A stretch of 64,000 nucleotides of DNA from Balanoglossus misakiensis (taxonomy: Eukaryota; Animalia; Hemichordata). The notes below the pieces were generated by a model, which was not told the origin of the DNA, did no database searches, and saw only the letters and a list, made by a program, of their open reading frames with translations. The stretch covers positions 6,574,063-6,638,062 of the forward strand of contig CM082582.2 of the NCBI GenBank assembly GCA_040954595.2, read 5' to 3'. The position numbers and the translations under genes were made by a program. Shown here piece by piece: positions 35,041 to 50,099 of the stretch; position 1 is the first letter of the stretch, and every line of letters starts with the position of its first letter.

Positions 35041-36159
35041 CTTGGAGGCATAGGAGGAATTGCAACAGACTGTGTGCATTGCGTTCCCTGGATCGCTACT
35101 CTAAGTTGACATTTTCCTCTGTGTGGAGAGACAGAAGGGATATCCCGAAGTCTGGGAGAACAGCAGCTTGTGATGACAAGAGCGTTCTTTTATGCTGTGC
35201 TCTGGTTCCAGTATCAGCTACAGCAATACTTGATGCACAGTCTAAATACACAGGGTACAGACTGTTCATTCCTGCACACAATTTGACCTCACTTGGCCAG
35301 TACATTTTTAAGGAACCACACCAAAAACTAAAAATAGACTGCCATCGGACAGATGTGTGAAAACAACTCGCTCAGTGTGCGAACTTACATGTACAGGTAA
35401 ATGTTACAAAAACTAAACCCCTGGATTGTACATATCCAACTGATGGCAATAATCATTAATTACTCCAATCAAGTAATTTTTCTTTCACAGTTGAGGTCCA
35501 ATCCTGTACATGTAATATTTTTCACCGTCCTTTACATCACCAGTACAGTTCGTATTGAACAAACAGCATGTCTGCACTTATATGAGGCTTCATGGATATC
35601 CACCAAGCATTAATATTCATCGTTGGTCTCTGCATTCTTTGGTACAAGCGAATACTGTCTCTTCTCCAAACCCGACTGGTTGAGAATCACTCTCCACACA
35701 CTTGTCTTTGTCGTACATCATAGCTTGGGAACTCCACTATGTGAAGTTAAATCCAGCAATCTTGTCAACTTCTGTGATCATTGTAAATAAAAAGTTTAAG
35801 TTTACTTTATGATAAGGTCCACTATCTTGTGTGATTTAACAATAATTGTGCTACTTTATAAAGACATAATAAACAATGAGTATGATAATACATGATTCTT
35901 CATCTGTGTGTTCATAATGAAAGTTCCTCAGTAAATTTGGCCACAACATTTTAGCAGTTGACTATGCAAACATTTCCTGTCTTCCTGTTTATAATCTAAG
36001 CTGGCACAAAGTCATGCACAAATATTTTCAAGTAATGTACTTATTTTTTTAAGTTTTTAATGAATAAATTATATATTAATACCTGATGCCCTGTTCCTGT
36101 TTTTCTTGTATCAGCTTAATTACAACTTTTCATGAGCATCTCATTTTAGATCTGTCCAT

Positions 36160-36232
36160 CTAACCCTTTCACCACTATGGCCCAGTCCTAATCCATTGTT
36201 TTCTATGGGAAGATTGGACCCTCAAAGGTTAA
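36160..36232 (+). mobile_element. Internally deleted copy of the TTAA piggyBac-like MITE
   Basis: TAACCCTTTCACCACTATGG...CCATTGTTTTCTATGG...GGACC...AAAGGTTAA. Confidence 0.7.
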
Positions 36233-39200
36233 ACTTTAATTTAACCAATTCTAAACGCTTTGATATTAAACGATTGTTAGAGCAACTGGTTAATTATCCC
36301 ATTTTTTTAAATTGCATACAGACATAACATTTATTGTACGCAGCGCCCTCGGTGTTATCGGACTGGCGACGAGCCGGTGGCCAGAAGTTGAGCTATTTTC
36401 CTCATTTATTTCGTTGAGGGCGCAAAATTATGCCAGTCTTCCGACAGCTGCAAAAAAATAGAGGTACCCTGTTTACTAGATTAAAAAACAAATTCTTGTC
36501 ACTTCTGCGAGATAAGTAATTTTCTATTTCGAAAATATATTAGCTTCACGTGAAACATGCGACTGTGGTTATTTTTGGACAAAGCAAAGTAGAATCGTGC
36601 TCTGGAAATCGGAATGGTGTAAAAAAGTTTGATTCGATGTCTCCGCTCGTTCTCGAAAGTTCATGCCATGTCACCGGGCAGTTTGACTATCTTCAGCTGT
36701 CATCTGCTGATTCACCAATCCCTGTTCTGGCTGTTGGCGATGCATGATATTACAAAACCGCATTTTTTTTTCTGTCGGCTCTAATGCATCACAGAAAAAA
36801 CATCTTTCGGCACCACTCCAGACGGTTCCATCAATCTCGACTGTCTTATTATTGCCAATATCTCACTTCAATTTGCTTGTCGGTCGCTGACCCAGACGAC
36901 CCGGGCGATATGAATTTCAATCCCGGTGCCCTGCTCCCCGCGGGACACACAGACGAAGAAAAAGTGAGGACGTCAGCGCCACGTAACCTTTGACGTTATC
37001 TAAGTCGGTGAAAAATCCATTCCGTTCACTGTGTTATTCGTTTCAAATTACACACCGCCGGGGATTATTTTTTTTTCTTTTTCTCCCCTTCAAATCAGTG
37101 AACAGCTGCGCAGATAAACACTGCGACCACAATTGACTATATTACTCAACAAGATAACGTCGTATAGCTGGAGCGATACCTACAAAAGAAACGACCTAAC
37201 TACACCCTAATGCGATTCTGACGACTTTTGCCAATTTGAACACCTGGAGTACATTTTCGTGATGACGTCATCGCTGTTCAGGAGCTCATTCAATCAGAAA
37301 GCCAATCATTTGAACGATCAAACCAACGAATACCCAGAAACGTAATGGGGATTTCCTTCGTCTTTTAGCTGAGATCACATAAGCCTTATTTGGTCTGAAT
37401 TGACACGTCTGATAATGAACCTACTGCATACGTGTTGTGAAAGAATCTGGAACAGGATGGGTCGGGCCAAGCACTTTTTTATTATAAATGACGAGAAGGT
37501 ACATTGAAAATTCCAATTTACAGTAACACATTTAATTTCAAAACTTAAGCTCCACAGACTAGCCTCGATGTGCGTGCCTTCGACTACAGAAATTGGTTTT
37601 GGATTTGAAACATGGAAAATCCTCAATTCAATAATATAAGATTTTAATATAATATTTCTTGTGGGAAATCAACACCAGAGATTTCGGCAGTTTAGCCCAT
37701 CCTGTGCAAAGCGGGAATGTGCTATGCTACAGCTACAGGTTTCCGTTACCATGGACACAGTTGAGCACAATCACACGGCAACGGACGCTCCCCGTCTGCT
37801 AGCTTGCTGAAGATGAGTTGCATTCTCGGTAGCCAGGCAGCACGGTCGGTTGTAAAGAAAATGGGACGTTTCCAGTGTACGTGTTGCAAAAATATCTCCC
37901 ATAAATCTCTTTGTATTTGTCAGTGCGGGACAGATTAATCCCGAGCTAAAATGTAGATGGCGAGATCTGAAGACACTGATATGATGAGTTTTATTTGCTG
38001 AGTGAAAGGACGAGGGGTCACCCCTCAAGCGAAGTAAAAAAAACTCCCTCGGCTGCCCTGAATTCACAGACGTAATGAATACGAATGGAGAGATATTACT
38101 CCGAGATTTGTGCAATGCACACATGGTTGTGAAAATTTGATCTCGCGGGATTCACGTCTGCTGAATTACGCACAGTGCTGGATTTATCTAGTCGATCCAG
38201 CTCTGCAGTGCCGGTGATAACGTTTTCAGTCTGTAGAAAGCACTCGGGGTTTTATATAATACATGTACTGATTATTTGGATTGATAGCTTCTGTCGGTCC
38301 GTCGGTCTGTCTGTCTTTATGTCTCTCTCCATCTCTATCTCCAGGTGTCTGTGTGTCTTTGTCACTGTCTTGTGTCTGTCTGTCTGCCTGCCTGCCTGCC
38401 TCATAACCGTCAAATATATGCGCTGAACAAAATTTTGGACTTCTATTGTACATACACGCACAAGGCATGATTTCCATATCAAGGATAAGTTATATCAAAA
38501 TATCCTTATTAAAATTTGCATATTTCATTTGAGAATTGCAGCCTTCATGCTTCAGTTAATCCCTAAAAAGTCTTAATAACATTCTAGACAATAATGCACT
38601 GCAATCACCGTTCGTAGTAATATAAGAAATCTTGTCTAGCGAATACCATTAAATTTCTCCGCCGTGCATGAAACGAAACGACAGCCTTAAAAATAAGCCA
38701 GGATTTACTTAATGGTGGTCACTAATCATATATGCCCACTTTCCCTGTATCTCCCTGACCTCTCCGGAGAATACTTAACCCGTTACTTCCCTTCCAGACG
38801 TTTTTAATGGTTCTTAAAATGCCAAGCGTGTCATTAGAAACTGTACGATGTCTATCTGTGCCTTCTTTGTTTAATGTCCTGCATTATCAGGGAAGAGATA
38901 AACGTACAGGCAAAGGCTTTACGTCCAGATAACGTTTTAACGATTTCCTATAAAGGACGCACAATTACGCCACGGGTTACCCGCGTTCTGCATCGACCTA
39001 TAAATTATCATATTTTCGTCATTATCCGACCGAGCAAAATCAATATAGCTTCTTCGTGCTGCGGGTTGTAATGACTTAATTGCCCACGTGAAGAAGGTTT
39101 TTATTGAGTGATAGTATGATCGCGCCTTTACCAGACCAGCGTACCACCTGGATATACCATATAGTCATTTACAATCAGTACATGTACAAGTGTATTTGTG

Positions 39201-42200
39201 ACCCCAATTTCTGCCAAAGTCCCCCCCCCCCTCTTTTCGCTGTGTTTTGTTTGTTTTTCCGTCATTGTCTGGAACCAGCCTCTGTTTTCAGATGTTGGTC
39301 ACTGTCCCATCAACCCTGTCAGAGAACTTTAGGTTTTCGTGAAATCCATGCAAACTCAGCACGCATGATTTACAGCAACGCGTGAAGTAAAGCATGATGG
39401 ACGCTGACGTCAAAAACCATTTGGCCAAATCATCGACTCTGACGTCAATTGCACGGACACGTAAAAGATTGCGATAGCTGTCCGCTTCAATTGATCAAAC
39501 AAGTCATCTTCGAATTTCCATTTTACAAAATCAATACCCCTCAATAATTCCACGCCAGTCATGCGACTGCGATATAGCTTGTCCGTGAGGTACACTTGCC
39601 CCTCTCAGTCCAGGCTGCCCTGGGCGAAATTGTTTAAGGGTAGTCAGTAATGACTGTATATAGTAGCGTTTTTGTTCGGCAGTTGGACGTCATAGGGGAG
39701 TGTGTCCCTACAAAATCGAGTTTTCATTTCGTTAAGCAAGGATAGGCCTATTTACCAGAAATAATAACTATGACCGAGGATTGAATAAACTTCTTATGGT
39801 TCGTTGTTTTAACTTTCTTTACGCGTATGATGGATATAAAACTAAGCGAATTGCCGTTTAAAGCACGGAACGATCGATGCTTTTCTCATTTCGTTCTCAC
39901 ACGTAAAAGCTGTTGAGCGAGACACTGCATACGAAATCGCGCCGGAAAACGCACTTGACAGCCCGGGGACGGGCTATAACGGCGCATCGATTCCGACGTT
40001 AATATTCTTATTAGAATTCCGCGTCAGCGTCTCGACGCGATGGCAATTGCCAAGTCAATCTTGTTACCAGCCACTCACCGGCGGACTATATTCCCGAGAG
40101 GCGAGCGCTGAAGTTTACGCGATGTGAAGGTGCAGCCTGGCGGGGCAGCCAGTGTCGTGACCTTCATTTCAGAGGAGATTTAGTGACGTAAGAAGCCCAT
40201 TTTAAAGATCATTCTTGTGTCGCACGCGAGCCCTCAGGAAGCGCTTATCGTGCAAACACGAGAAAACACTTTCCGATTATTCAGATTCTGTTTAAATAAA
40301 ATGCAATGGCTTCCGATGGAAAATAAACAGATTCTCACGATATTTGATAAAAGACTTCCTCGAGAATGTCAGCTCCATCAGTAGTGTGCGAGAGAGAACT
40401 GACGCAGGACTTTTCCACACGAACTAGTTCAGAAACAATCTCAACTACCATTTCAAGTGATGAGGTAAAATTTTCTCGCACACAACCTATGGGATTAGGC
40501 ATGACATCGCCAGTTTCGACGAGAAATCTAATTATGGATACATGTATATGGAGTGTCTATCTAAAACGACCATGAAAGTAAATGTTGTGCCTCTGTACAT
40601 CACCCGAGGAAAACATCGGAAGAAAAGTGAGTCCCCGTAGACTGTGAGATTTTGTCTTGTTATCTTAGTAGATGAGGCGCGGTTAGCATCGGATAGCGGA
40701 AAAAAATATTTCTCACAGACACCTGTTGATTCAAGCGTCTAAATCACAGACTCGCAGCATAACTGTTAGTGTCCCCAGATTATTCGCCAATGTTAAATCG
40801 CTGCATTAACGTGACAAACAGTGTAAAGAACAAAAAAAATAATTCAATCAAACGGGAAAGTTTTTTTTTATTCTAGCGCTATCGTATTACACGCTTCATG
40901 GCGCCAACATTTGATAGCGCGCGGACCGTAATGAGGTCGCGTCCACATGGGAGGACGCGTCCATCCCCTAGGTGGCGCAGTCCGGCAAAACATAACATTT
41001 TAGTTCTAGAAAAAAAATCTACAGAGATTTGCGATTAATGCATGCGCCGTAGATAATTTCACGGTGTCTTGGTTATACACAGACAGATGAAAGAATAAAG
41101 GTCGATTTGGATTGGCACTTGAGTTAGGACTGATACAAGCTCTCGTCACATTCTGGTACATTATTTTGTCCGTTCGAAAACGGTGAAAACAAAACATCGC
41201 TTTTCACTTTTTTGTCGAACAAGAAACAACAGTTCATACACAGAACAAAATTTGTTTGAAAAAGCTAAGAGTTGTTTTCAAACTACCGGAAGTTTGAATT
41301 CTTTGGGTAGAGATTTTATGCTCTTCTACTCCCTGAAACATGCTTGTTGATAGGACAGTATTCAAGGCTCAATTCACAACTCACGCAAAGCCTGTTTAAT
41401 GACAGAAACACCAAAGAAGTCGAATCATATTGTGAATGGTAACTACAGAAAACAACCGTTTCGATAAACGTCTTGATATTCAGAATAAATCTTCCCCTAT
41501 TCTCCTGTCGGCCAACCCTTCGACTTGTATCTCAGTTTACTGTGACGCGGCGCAGCAAATTCCTTCTCGTGGGTCGCTTCCTATGTAAACGGTCTCTTCA
41601 GAGAGATTTCACAGGGCCCTCACGTCTACCTAAGCTCATTGTCCTCTATATCCACCAGCCACGTCAGTTTCGTCTGTCCGTCCGTCCGGCCGTCTGTGTC
41701 TGCCTGCCTGCCCGTCGCGTCTGTCCATCTATCGGTCTGTCTGTACGTCTGTCTGTCTATTCTACTTCCGTACGTCCGTCTGTCGGCCGGTCTGTCTATC
41801 TGTCATATTGCATTTGTTCAAACTCTCTGTGGTTTGGGTGATTGAAAGAGAAAAGATATACAATATTCAGAATCAGCAGCCAACGTTATAAATTCTTGAT
41901 CACCACATCTGTGTGCTAGCTGTGTGTTTTAATGAGACTATACGATTTGTGTAGGAGCTATGTTACACGCTGCAAGCACGGCACGCAGACAATTCCGGAT
42001 GCCTAGTTTTCAGTGGTAACTCATCAGTCTTATCGGTTGCTCAGACGGTCAAAATAGGGGGAAATTTATCGTCTACAGTCGTGCTATTAGTTGCCTATTA
42101 GCGTATAATCAAGGCTTATTATTTCCAGGAAATATCCTTGATGAAATATTCAGACGCAATAACTGAATCAAATAACAAGCATTAGTCGCGCGTGATTTTT

Positions 42201-42289
42201 TTTCGGTTTCAAGGGTTGATTTTGCATGGACGTTTACGTCAATGGTTTATCTGATGTGAACGAACTTTAACCATCGGGAACAGGAAGAC

Positions 42290-42573
42290 GATGTGATGTA
42301 GTGTGGTGTGGTGTGGTGTGGTGCGGTGTGGTTCGGTTCGGTTCGGTTCGGTACGTTCGTTGTGTTGTGTTGTGTTGTGTTGCGTTGCGTTGCGTTGCGT
42401 TGTGTTGTGTTTCGTTTTGCTGTGTTGTGTTGTGTTGTCGTGTGGTGCGATGTGATGTGATGTGATGTGATGTGATGTGATGTGATGTGATGTGATGTGA
42501 TGTGATGTGATGTGATGTGATGTGATGTGATGTGATGTGATGTGATGTGATGTGATGTGATGTGATGTGATGT
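42290..42573. repeat. Compound pentanucleotide microsatellite (TGTGG/TTCGG/TGTGT/TGCGT/TGTGA)
   Basis: Consecutive blocks of related 5-mers ending in a long (TGTGA)n run. Confidence 0.97.
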
Positions 42574-43020
42574 GCTGCGATGACCGAAAATATAGTTGAA
42601 AAGTGATTCGCGAAGTACTGTTCAGTCACCGTGTGATATAAAGGTGGTGTATACTAGTAAACACTACACGGGTACAAATTCAAAAGTTTTCTGCGGAACA
42701 GTCACTAAAGTTTGCCACGCATGCGTTGTTTGGTGATCGATGGGAGTCCTTGAATAATGATAAAAACCATTGTCGTACGTTTGACACGTGGGTGTACATT
42801 TCATCTGGTGAAGAGACAACAATAGGTCGCAATAGACATACGGCGTATCTTGAAACAGATTGAAAAGCGAATGTAAACAAGCGTTCAGAAAGGGGCTTGG
42901 GCGTCACTGCGTCTATACTGGAGGGGTCGACAACCGATCTGAACAGTTTCATCGATTGAAGAGCTGATGCGCAAATTTATACGCCGAAGTTAAAAACCTT
43001 CTGTTGTTTCAGTTGGAGGT

Positions 43021-43112
43021 TTGACACTTTCACCCCGTTTACCTGTATAGCGATCCAACTTCGCAAGAGCAGACAATGGGTTTGGGCTAAACCATGGTGG
43101 TGAAAGGGTTAA
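43021..43112 (-). mobile_element. Diverged copy of the TTAA piggyBac-like MITE
   Basis: ...CTTTCACCCC...GGGCTAAACCATGGTGGTGAAAGGGTTAA. Confidence 0.75.
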
Positions 43113-46100
43113 TTAATTTAAACATGCCCACCAAATGTAAAATTACATCGTGACTTTATTTATTGCTACCACAAACAGCTTACAAATTTTAACCTACATG
43201 CAAATACATTATATCCTTGTTGAAGGTGACGTCACTTTACAGACGTCCGCTCCTTAATTGGTTACGAAGTCTTTCATTATTTGTCAAACACGACCTCGAT
43301 TAAAATTACGCAGACACATGAATATCAGAACATTGAATAGGAGAGTTAATTAACCGAAAAACAAGTATCAGAATTTCTAGTCGGTGTGCAGGTTTTTTTT
43401 GTTCGTTCTTCCCGCAAACAAGTTACGGCGTTCAAAAACCCTTACGCTGTCCTCGCTCGGCCTAATTTCTTTCTATCGATATCGCTAACGACATTGGTCA
43501 TCATCATTACAAGACAGATCCGTCACACAGTGCCCGCGCCTAAAGACGGATTTGCTTCTAACAAACGAAAGCTTGCTATTCCGGATAGATAACGTCGTGC
43601 CAATTGAAGATGGAAAGACGAGTCAATTTGATTTAGGGAGAATCTTCGTTCTGCTTTCTCCCTAATTGCTTTCCCCGTTTAGCGGCCAAACAAAACGTGA
43701 TAACCTTGCCTCCTTTGCATGCTTCATCATTTAAAAGCAAACTTGTTCGTCTAGATCATGGTACGTGTTGTAAATACGATAACTTGCCCACGTGACTGGA
43801 ATAAGCCGTTGTACTTCTACAACATTCTTCATTTTCGCTAACTCAGCTAATATATGACGTAATGCGACCTAAATTGATTCTACGAAATTCCATCACAAAC
43901 GCTTAAATTGCGTGTGCGCCGTTGTCGATAATTTTCAATTAGCGCTAATTACTTTAAATGACTTGATTAATGCGATTGGCGGATTTCGAATAAATGACGA
44001 AATAGCACAAACGCAGAGTGTGTGATGAACAAATGTAAGCCGTCATCAATTTTCCGAAAAGGGTTGAATGAAATTTATATATTAAGATTATTATCGGCAC
44101 TGTGAAAATCTGTTATAATTCGGTCATTAATAACACAATATTCACACGAAATTGAAAGCATCTCCTATACGAAGAGTTCACCAATGTCAAATTAAAGCGC
44201 GATATAATTCTGATCACCTACACCGGGCGCTATGGCGTTTTATGTATGTTCGTTGAAAAAGATTTAGTATACATATTTGCCAATAATTTTTTGAGGTGTG
44301 CATTTGTTTATTATCTAAGTTTCTTCTTTCTTTAAGAATTATATGTCGAAATGATTACTAACAAACTTACGGATATTGATGAATAACAATCTAATAATGT
44401 CGAAATGATAACAGAAAAAACGTGACCACGGTTTTAGTAATCGATATAGTCAATCAATTATTCAGATGTGTCCCTGAACGACAAGTGGTACATATTTAGA
44501 CCGGGTTTAATTCTCTCCGACGTTAAGGCATGCGTGCTCTTCACGCTTAATTACATAAAGTTAAGTTTATTCACGATCTCTCCAATTTAAACTTGGGATT
44601 TATATGAACCAGACTAGACTAATCGGCGCCTTTTTTAAAAAATGCGAATCGTGGACGGCCATCGCCGCCAATGTGGATGTACCGTTCACACTCTAGCTGT
44701 CGTGATAACAATCGGCATGCATACGTTTTATCGGCCGGGTCGTTCACTGATGGTACCGAACGATATTATTTGGCGCTCACGAGGTCTGCCACAAAACGGT
44801 AATGATAATGACAGTTGCTAGACGTGGATGTGGAACTCCAGGGTACATAATATTCGTTCTGTATCACTTCACGCCGGCGAAAGTAATGCTTTCCGACGCA
44901 ACAATGTTCGAGACTGTAATTTCCTCCTTCGCCAGCGGTATACTCTTGATTGAATCTCTTGTTTGAAAAACGTATACTTCAGCTAGTTACCATATCCAGC
45001 GGATGGATTCTTTAAAGGGCCATTACATGTATTACTAAATTTCCAGTATTTCTTGTATTTATCTTCTCAACATACAGTTCGACGTTCATGTGCGTAAAAT
45101 CGACATGAACGCGTTTACATTGCTTGTTGATGAGCACAAAACCCAGAGAGCACGAAATGGTTGTTGACAAAACAAAAAACAAAAAAACAAAGCAATATTC
45201 AAACGCTACTGATACTGGCTATTAAACATAAAGCTTTCACTGATCGACCAAGGCGTTCCAGCGCAAAAGTTTTAAATGATGAAACGCAAAGCGCTTCTTG
45301 TCAGATTCACTAGTGTCGCCAAATATTCATGTCGCTGCAATACCTAGAGGGAAAAACGATCAAATATCCGGAATGAAGCAAGTTGCTGCCGATACAAACA
45401 CGCGGCGCGGAAATCAAAGGAACTGCGTTAGCGAGAGATATTATGAAGAGACAAAACATCGTTGTTCCTGTCAATCTGCAATTTATATCAGCGTTTGCCA
45501 TTATGCCGACTTATCTGGTCTTCGCGATATCAATCTGATCGCGTCTTTTTTTTCTTTAAAAAGGGTGTCGGGTCTCGATGGACCCAGATGTCATTCTGCT
45601 CCGAGGGATCTCAGGTATGCCGTTGTCATGGTGACATTATTAAGTGAATCAATGAGCGCGGAAAGTCGTCTGCATTCACAGGTCTGCTGACTCCGGGTGT
45701 CAAGTCTAATTTCAATCGTATCAGAATTATTTATTTTTGGAATGGCTGTTGTATGGCAATATTTGACGTCTAAATGATATTGCGCGCGGCTGAACGTGAT
45801 GTAAATGGCGAAGTGATATCAATCGAAGTGGAGGAAAACGAGGTTTGGTTTCCACCGGGGAGCCATTTTAAAAAGGGGAGAGCTTTTCGTCACCGTGCGT
45901 GAAGTTCTCACTGTACTGTCAACATGGCGGCAGGGCGTATACACCGTCGGCATCAAGTACGTATACGGCACAATGCTGCGCGCATTGCTGTATCACCACC
46001 GCTGATGTCATGGCAACGCTTGATAGACCGAACAGAGAGCGAGACACAGCGGTGTGCGTTGATAACTATTTGACTTGGTCCGGAATTTTCGATGTCATTC

Positions 46101-46651
46101 TCCGCTTGTCAAGATCGCATTGTGCAATTAGCAACACCGTTTTTTTGCAATCATGATACTTTTTTTTCTTGTCTGTCGTGATTCAGCCATCCTGCTATTG
46201 ACCAATGCCCTTTGCTATACCCTAGTGTCAATGAAGCATGTACGGGAAACAAAGTGCATACCTACTTTTGTTAAAGTTTGTTTCACTTTTGTTTGTGGTA
46301 GTCTGTCTTCTGTTTCCCTATGAGAATTGCAGGGTCGGTGCAAAATAACGGTGTTTCTATACGCGGTGTGTTGTACTGGGAGAAAATGCTGGCGCCGGCA
46401 GGCTGGATTATTTTAAACGCCTTCGCGGAGTCAAGGTAGAGCTATTGTTTGTTTCAATCGCCTAAATTTGAATGAATGACTCGTCCGCATTTCATGGGAA
46501 ATTCTCGGATAGTGTTGGACAAAGAGAACGCCGCCCCGGAGACGTAAAATGACCAGCAACGCATCTATCTCTGAGGTAGATGAACGTAGGTGAATCTTAG
46601 GTAATGATGTCCAGATGAATATGGTGGTCGGAGTTGAGTTGATGGTAGAGG

Positions 46652-46781
<130 letters not shown>

Positions 46782-49700
46782 GATGTATTAAAAGCGCACG
46801 AAATCCCTCACGTATTTACCCACGTCCACTTCGTTTCAGCGACGGTAGCCAGTTAACGAGATAGCAATATCTATTTCACAAAAGTAAATTAGGTCACATC
46901 CTTTCACATACACGCTGATGCTTTTACTTTTAGATGTGCAGGTGTAAGTAAGTGGCGGTACTAGAGAAACTTCCATCCCCGTTTTGTACGCGTCCATGTT
47001 GTTTGCCGATAAATATTTATTAGGCACTGGCTGAGACGACACTGATAAGTGTTTTTTCCATTCCACGCACACCCGTCTTGTGATCACGATTCATCCCGAG
47101 CCATCTTTTTTCATTTATCGTACAATATTGAGCGCACACTAGGACACAATCGGGATCTGATGCCACTATCGCCGTTATTTATCAGATAACAGACGAGCAA
47201 TAAACCAAACGGTGATGAACAGGCGCCATAGCTGCGGGCAACAACAGGTTTTCTTTGGGGTGCAATTTCGCATTTTATCAATTCGCTGAGCACGACCTAC
47301 AAGTGTTTTTTGTGCCTCCGCGCACAGCGAGCGGAGAGATCGCTCGGAATTACTTCACCCATCGGCGAGATTGTGGCGATTGCAAATTATGTACAAATGA
47401 AAGAGCGCGGCAAACCGATATGAAAGCTGAAATTTATCGTCTGCGAATCGAACGTTTCAGGACATTCGGGAAGAAAATGACCGCGTTCCATAGATAGTTA
47501 CGACACATCTCTGCAATAACGATTGTTGGATAAAAAAACAGGTGTTCTGGACAGTCATATCTGGCGAAGAGTAATTAACGGAGAGAGAAAAAATACTCTG
47601 AGTATTTCCATGGCAACCCATACTTTTACCTATTACGTTTATGTATATTACACACGTTTAATATAAATGACAAAATTTCTAGTCGGAATACTGATCGAGA
47701 ACTCCCCGCGGGCAAGTCTTTGGAATAGAGTTGGTATTGTAACTTAAAATTATCACCAATCCTTATCACTACCGTTTCGAGGATGCTTCAGCTTTCTGTT
47801 GGAAATTACATTCACGTTTCTTCACTGCAACCTAATTAGTTTCCCCAGTCTGTTGTGAATTCAGTGACGAGGCTGCGAGTGGCTAACGCGCGTGCGCCCC
47901 AGATCAACAATGTTCTCAGTGACATGGTTCTCCTTTTATTTATAGAGGGGATGGGGTGGAAGAACTGCGGTTGTGGTGCATGTATTATTTAATCATCTGT
48001 TCAGAAATTAATTAATGACAAGCATTTTGACTGAGAATGATGAGTTGTTCTTTTTTCATCACATGGAACTATTTAAACAGACTGCAATGTGCATCTCGAA
48101 ACTGGCAACCATGCGCCATATGCAACTGCAGTTTCGGATAAGATCAAAATCTAGAATTTATCAAAGCTTGGGATTCGATATGGTCACCATGCGTTTTTGT
48201 AACTTTTATGAGTAAAAGATGCTTCCTCTTCAACGTTTTAAGCTTATTTCTCGAATTAACTATACACGACATTAAGATAGAATATCACACATGACAGGAA
48301 AAATTGATGACTTCATTATTTATCTGACAAGGAAAGGATCGCTTTCTACCCTGAGCGATTGCGGAAAGTTCATGCCCGTCTTACAAATGTAACCGAAAAC
48401 ACGATTGATAGGAAGGCCACGGCCCGGGGAAGATATGAGTTCTGCATGTCAGACGTATTACGACATACCCTGCAGTTAAAACCGTGTCATGTCTGAACTG
48501 CCTGTACTCAAAGAGACCCAGCTGATAAAGCTGTATTTATATTACCTGTCATGTCGCCGGTTTATATGATGGCCATAATGCTGCTTTATTGGGACCCTTG
48601 TTTAGTTCATCGCCCGTGACTGACCCGTAAAATTGAGAAATGATTCCGACTAATAAAAAACTGTACCTTAATACCGACGGGGGTTACTCAGACCTGGTTT
48701 GGTTGTATGGTCAAGTAAAACGGGATAATAAAACTACCTCATTTTTGCTTTGCAATTCCAGTGGCGTATAGCGGTGTTTGTACCTAAAATGACGCTAATG
48801 CTGAATAACCTCGCAACCTGTGAGAGGTAACGCCCGAGGCTTGCAATTGCATTGTAAAAAGGGGGAACATTTCACCCTAGGCAGTGATCTGTTTTTGGAT
48901 GGAAACATTTTGTCTGGATGATAGATGTGTTCAGCCCGTTTTACTTGAGCAGACGCATGTGCAACTGTGTATAATAGAGTCAGTCGCGCACAATGGAGTG
49001 TTGTGGCGTTGTATCCCCGTAACCATTGGAGACCAGAAGGCATCAATTTTCGTCCTCCACCTTGACGTACGACAGTTTTGAAACGACGGTGTGTTTGACG
49101 AGATCTGTTCGTTCGACCGACACCATGGCAACAGGTCTGAGAGTCATGTCGCGACATGGTATTCTTGACACCGCGATTTCCGGTGATATAGTATAGAATT
49201 TTAACGGTGATGCCATGGAAAATGAACTTTCCAGGGAGATGGGGGTGTTTTTTGCTTTTCTCCGAGAACTCACGATTTCTGCATTGTCGTCGCGTATTCT
49301 TTGAAGTCCTCGATGGTCTGACCATAAAACATTTCACAGTCTATAGACGGTCTGGTTGATAGATTGGAGAGCGAGGTTGGAAGCAGAACGCCTATCCGAT
49401 AACGACCACTTCGCTGTGACAGAGGTTTTTTTGTGTTTTTCTTGTCAGACGTTGAAAAGAGATTTATGTACTTCGGCGGCCGATAGGAGAGGGCGGGCAG
49501 TGCGTGGTTCTTTCGCGCCAATCAAACTTTCACGAGGTATGGAATACCACAGACAGCGGAGAAACGAGATACATACCGTACATTGTCCGTCCCTTGCACC
49601 TGGGCCAGGGTGACGATTATGTTCTTTTTATTCTCTGCGCGGTCTCTGCTCTTTCGGATTGTTTGGTAAAGTGCAAACGGGCGATGTAAAGTAACTGTGC

Positions 49701-50000
49701 CAAAAATCACGACGGTGAATAACCTCAAGGAATCTTAGCTATTTCTTTTTTTCTAGTTTCTAACCTTTTGATGTCGAATGACGAGTGATATTTGGCAAAA
49801 AGCGATTTTTCTGGCCATCTCTCTTTCTCCGACATTTTTTGTAGGTTCGTGTCCGGCATCGACTATCTTCTAATAAAATCATCAACAAGGTGAAATCGGA
49901 TGATTTTCTTCAGTGCCAGCAATACTTTTCGCACGACAAGTGAATGATATTCTTGCGAATTATCTTTCTGGTTTGGCACAGGAGGAATTGAGGTGACGAT

Positions 50001-50011
50001 GGTGGTGGTGG

Positions 50012-50099
<88 letters not shown>
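50001..50099. repeat. (GGT)4(GAT)29 microsatellite
   Basis: Perfect trinucleotide runs. Confidence 0.97.

Noticed and set aside
34974-35360. 128-aa ORF
   Set aside because: Out-of-frame overlap with the C16orf87 last exon and 3'UTR; no protein-like features.
37806-37835. CTGAAGA-TGAG..CTC as a further hammerhead
   Set aside because: Lacks the GAAA core after stem II and has no stem I.
48795-49337. 180-aa ORF, the longest in the gene-free region
   Set aside because: No recognisable motifs, non-ATG start and a composition typical of chance ORFs.
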